NCBI GenBank assembly: GCA_020891255.1 | Contig: BQFW01000005.1 | Location: 124,001-188,000, forward strand | From: Entomortierella parvispora E1425 | Lineage: Eukaryota > Fungi > Mortierellomycota | Direction: 5' to 3' | Length of the DNA: 64,000 bases | Part shown: positions 60,548 to 64,000 of the stretch, piece after piece | How the letters are laid out: each line of letters opens with the position of its first letter | Numbering within the stretch: position 1 is the first letter of the stretch | Program-made: the position numbers and the translations under genes | The notes under the pieces: generated by a model | What the model was told of the DNA's origin: nothing | The model's database searches: none | The model's input: the letters and a program-made list of their open reading frames with translations, nothing else

Positions 60548-63102
60548 GTTCGTGCCTGCCGTCAGACAATCTCTGTGGCTGTATGCAAAAAAAATATCTT
60601 ATTTGGCATCACAGAGTACAGACGCCCTGTACTAACAACAAGAAAAAAGAGAATGCTGCTCGTTCGCATCAGACATGGTGAAATGCAACACCCGCCATCT
60701 GTGGTCCATTCTCACAGGCTCATGGTGCCATTCGCCACTCGATTCTACGCTGCCCTATTGCTGAGAACCTTGGACACAGGGCTGGTACGTGCGCCAGACT
60801 GTTGAAGCGCGCTTCCCTCAGACTGGCGAGTCACTCGCCATCAAGTCCAACGAGAGTGCACGTCAAAAGTAAACAGTCAAAAAGACTACATGGTGTGAAT
60901 GACCAGGGACTCGCTCGATGGACGTTTGTCAATTTTGTCGGTCCTGTCGCCCGTACCGAGCCATACAAAAAGGCGGCCTTCTGCTTTTTTCTGCTTTTCT
61001 TGCTTTTCTCTCTCACACTCATCCCACCCCCACCCTCATTCACACACATTCATACACACGCATTTCCATTTCGCGTTTCTTCATTCCTTCCATGGTCCAT
61101 TCCTTCCTTGGTCCCAAGGTGGTTCAAGTCAGTGCGCGCACTCACGCGAGTGCTCTGCTCGCGTTTAAGGTATTTTTGAGAAATGAAATCCAGCCAAACA
61201 AACAAAGCCCACATCTGCACAGCACGCTCTCCTGGTTCATTTTTCCAGACCACTGACGCCCTTGCATGCCCATCCTCTTTTGTAACTGCCCTTGCACAGC
61301 TGCCACGCAAACAGCAAACAAAGATGCCACTTGCAGCGCAACGGCCTGTGCCCTCGTCCTGAGCGCCGTCTTTCTTGACAGCAAGCTGCTTCTGTGAGGC
61401 GCAGTCGTTAAGAAGAAAACGTTTCTCTGCCGCCAGGGTCCCAAGAGTTGGCCACGCTGGCCACAAACGCTCACTCTGTGTGGAAGATGCTGTCCCCTGC
61501 AGCCTGCCGAGCACTTCAAGAACGTCTCTCCCTCCAGATCCACGGAGGGTACGCCTTCCTGGGAACAAGCCTCCGCTCCCCAATGCAGGGTTCTTCAGTC
61601 GTTACCTAACTTTCAAGATCGGCGCCTCTCGAAGCTCCACAAAAGTTTCTCGGGTATGTGTGGTATGCTCGGCTCTTGACATCTCTGGCAACAAGAATGT
61701 CTCTCCTCCATGGTCACCCAAAGCCGCCCTCGAGGGCCTGCATGACTGTTTTGCTGCGCACCACAAATTCGTCCCATTTCGTGAAAGGTGCCCGCGTACC
61801 ATGTCGATACCCCTTTCTTCCACGTGGACGAGCGTTGCAACGACGCAGAACAAGTTGGGGCCCTTCTACTTGTTGTTCAGCTACCCTGGTCCGTTCTATG
61901 CTGTGCGCGTTTGGCCCATTCTCAGGCGGAGAAGAGTGCGCATTGAGCCGGCTTTGCTGGGAAGATCGAGGGATTCAAGGAGTTCCTCATTGTATCTTTT
62001 CAGCAGACTGGTGTGTACTTTTAGCTATTTTGATGGGTTGGATTAGCGTACGACGCGGTGAGCCATGGCTGGTGGTTCTTTTTTTTACCGGTGCCTATGA
62101 TATGACAACGACCAAGTTGGATTCTGGTTTGTTCATAAGACGCTTGCTATACACAGATTTCCCCATATTTTATATGCGGATGCTGCCCAGTTTGTCTTTA
62201 ACGTTGGTTAAGAGGGCTTCTTCCAGTGCCATACTGATGTGACAATGGTGGATGTGTCAATGAAGGACATGATATTAACCCCCTTTCAACACTCCTCTTT
62301 TCTTGTGTGAACAATATACAAATATACTTTGCTCCCACAACTATCCGCTGGCCGAGATGTGTCTTGTCTTCGACGCCAGTTTTTTGATCATTGCCTTTGG
62401 ACTGAGTACGAGGTATAGTAATAAAAAATAAAGAACGCCCCATCAAAAAATGAAAATGCCTGCCCTCGCCGGTTTTTGACTTCGAGGAATGATGATGATC
62501 ACAAATATGGCCATCCTCTTGTTCTGGTTTTGGCCCCACTGAATGGAAGAATATTGATAGTAATCAGAGAGGGGCTTTGCCATCCGCACTCAGAAACGAA
62601 TGGTGAGGCATTGAAAAGCAAGAAGTCGTCGCCGTATTTGGATGTGCCTGGACTTTGACGACAGACCTCGCGTTTCACTTCAGACCAACGCGAAAGGCAA
62701 CGCTTCGTCAGCCCTCTTGATTCTCCCGCATCCCGGCTTTTGTCCTCAACTGTCTTTCATGCCCATTGCCGATGTTGCCGATAATTTTCTTGGGAAACGT
62801 CTTTCTTTATGATTGTGGGCAAATGAGCTTGTGCGAAAGAATACAAGTACCTTTCCACTCTGGTCGCGCTCTTCCCAAAACGCGATTTGCAAAAAAACCT
62901 TTTTTTTTTTGTTTTTTTGGGAGACTTTGCATTAAAAAAAGCTGTGAGAAGGAAGAGCAGGGAGGGGATGTTCTAAACAGTTTCTACAGCTGAACAATCA
63001 GGGTAAAAGTTCAAGGTTATCTCACCAAAGGAGAACGAAGACTGTTTTACGCTCTTTGTGCAAATTGCCATGACCGCCATGACGGGACATGTAATTACGC
63101 CA

Positions 63103-63172
63103 GGAAATAACGCAAATGATGGGAAATAACGTAATTTTGCACGGAAATAACGAATTTTGCTTGGAAATAACG
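63103..63172 (+). repeat. Four copies of GGAAATAACG at 19-21 bp spacing upstream of tRNA-Asp
   Basis: Copies start at 63103, 63122, 63143 and 63163. Confidence 0.9.
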
Positions 63173-63225
63173 ATCTGGATCTTCTGGATCTTCTAGCGCC
63201 GACAATGTCTACCGATATCTGAACA

Positions 63226-63297
63226 TCCCCGATAGTATAGTGGTGAGTATCTCCGCCTGTCACGCGGAAGACCCGGGTTCAATTCCCGGTCGAGGAG
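63226..63297 (+). tRNA. tRNA-Asp(GTC)
   Basis: Cloverleaf with anticodon stem TCCGC/GCGGA, loop CT-GTC-AC, T-arm GGTTCAATTCC and a downstream T-run terminator. One C.A mismatch in the acceptor stem. Confidence 0.96.
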
Positions 63298-63325
63298 CTT
63301 CTTTTTGTTTTTTTGGAGGCCAGTT

Positions 63326-63812
63326 CTAGGGTCTTGGGATCCAAGGTGGAAGGGAACTCTCAACTTCACTTTTGAGTGAGGTTTGCAGGCAAACGTTGGA
63401 TTCATTTTCCTTTTTGGCCTCTTGTTTAAACGCGAAGAGGTCTTTGGACCAATGAATGGAGAGGGCTGAGGCTGATGGATAAACGTTTTCGCGCAAGAGA
63501 TAAATCAAGTTCAAAGTTGGGCAAAGTCGAGAGTCCTTCACATATGATTTGAGCAATTGATCTCTGGAAATGGAAATAAACTCGCTGGGTCTGGGCGTGC
63601 AGCTGGATCTTTGCGACTTTGGACAGACGACACGAAACATGCGGTAGTGCAGTTGTGCTGCAGTAAAATTATCGTCATTGCATTGAAGTATATGTCATGA
63701 ATAGCGCAGCAGCACCTGCCGTAGGGCTTTGGCGAGTTTGATAAGAAGAAGAAGACAAAGATGGACGAACGAACATGTATTGGTGAAAGAAGGAGCAGAG
63801 CAGGCAGGACAT
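63326..63812 (-). CDS. Possible small two-exon hypothetical protein
   Basis: An in-phase GT-AG join links ...RQSPTA|AQLHYRMFRVVCPK... to the 63326-63640 ORF. No family recognised; the donor GTGCTG is weak. Confidence 0.3.
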
Positions 63813-64000
63813 GACAGGGGTGAGTGCGTGCGATGTGCGTGTGCGCTCAATTGGTCTCGACAGCTTCGTCACCGATCACTTAAAAAAATAATTCGATCTG
63901 GTAGAACAGAGCAGGAAAATCATTTCAGCCCTTGCTTGCCTTCCGAAGCTTTGTTCTTCACCTCTTCTCTCTTCTCTTCTCTTTTCTCTTTCCTCCATTC

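Noticed and set aside
60550-62760. Several 100-220 aa ORFs on both strands (e.g. 61375-62046)
   Set aside because: No recognisable domain, no consistent splice model and mixed frames. Possibly a decayed gene or TE remnant, but unsupported.
63103-63172. Similarity of GGAAATAACG to the U12 snRNA segment GGAAAAUAACG
   Set aside because: No U12 5' end, branch-recognition sequence or Sm site; it is a tandem DNA repeat.

Overview
Eukaryotic, intron-rich fungal genomic DNA. It is most likely Mortierellaceae (Mortierella/Podila/Linnemannia), inferred from the lineage-typical NACHT-pentapeptide-WD40 protein and the short GT-AG intron architecture. About 21 protein-coding genes can be reconstructed by hand-splicing: fungalysin, BST1/PGAP1, two LRR proteins with BC-box/Zn-finger tails, RNase H2B, PET100, SLY1, PDAP1, BUD22, SIZ1-type SUMO ligase, a bacterial-type Bmp solute-binding protein, a NACHT-WD40 NLR, eIF5A, AP-3 beta, a mitochondrial carrier, ferroportin, an RNF126-like RING ligase and several orphans. 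There is also one tRNA-Asp(GTC) and a ~1 kb foldback-like inverted-repeat element. The standout signal is non-coding. Between BUD22 and SIZ1 (27506-27695, +) lies an RNA gene with the full catalytic core of the minor-spliceosome U6atac snRNA. Its 5'-splice-site recognition box reads GAGUUGAGAG rather than the AAAGGAGAG I recall for human and plant U6atac, and it carries extra inserted hairpins. This may indicate a divergent minor spliceosome recognising a non-canonical intron class. All family assignments come from motif recognition by eye and from recalled reference sequences; no database search was run.
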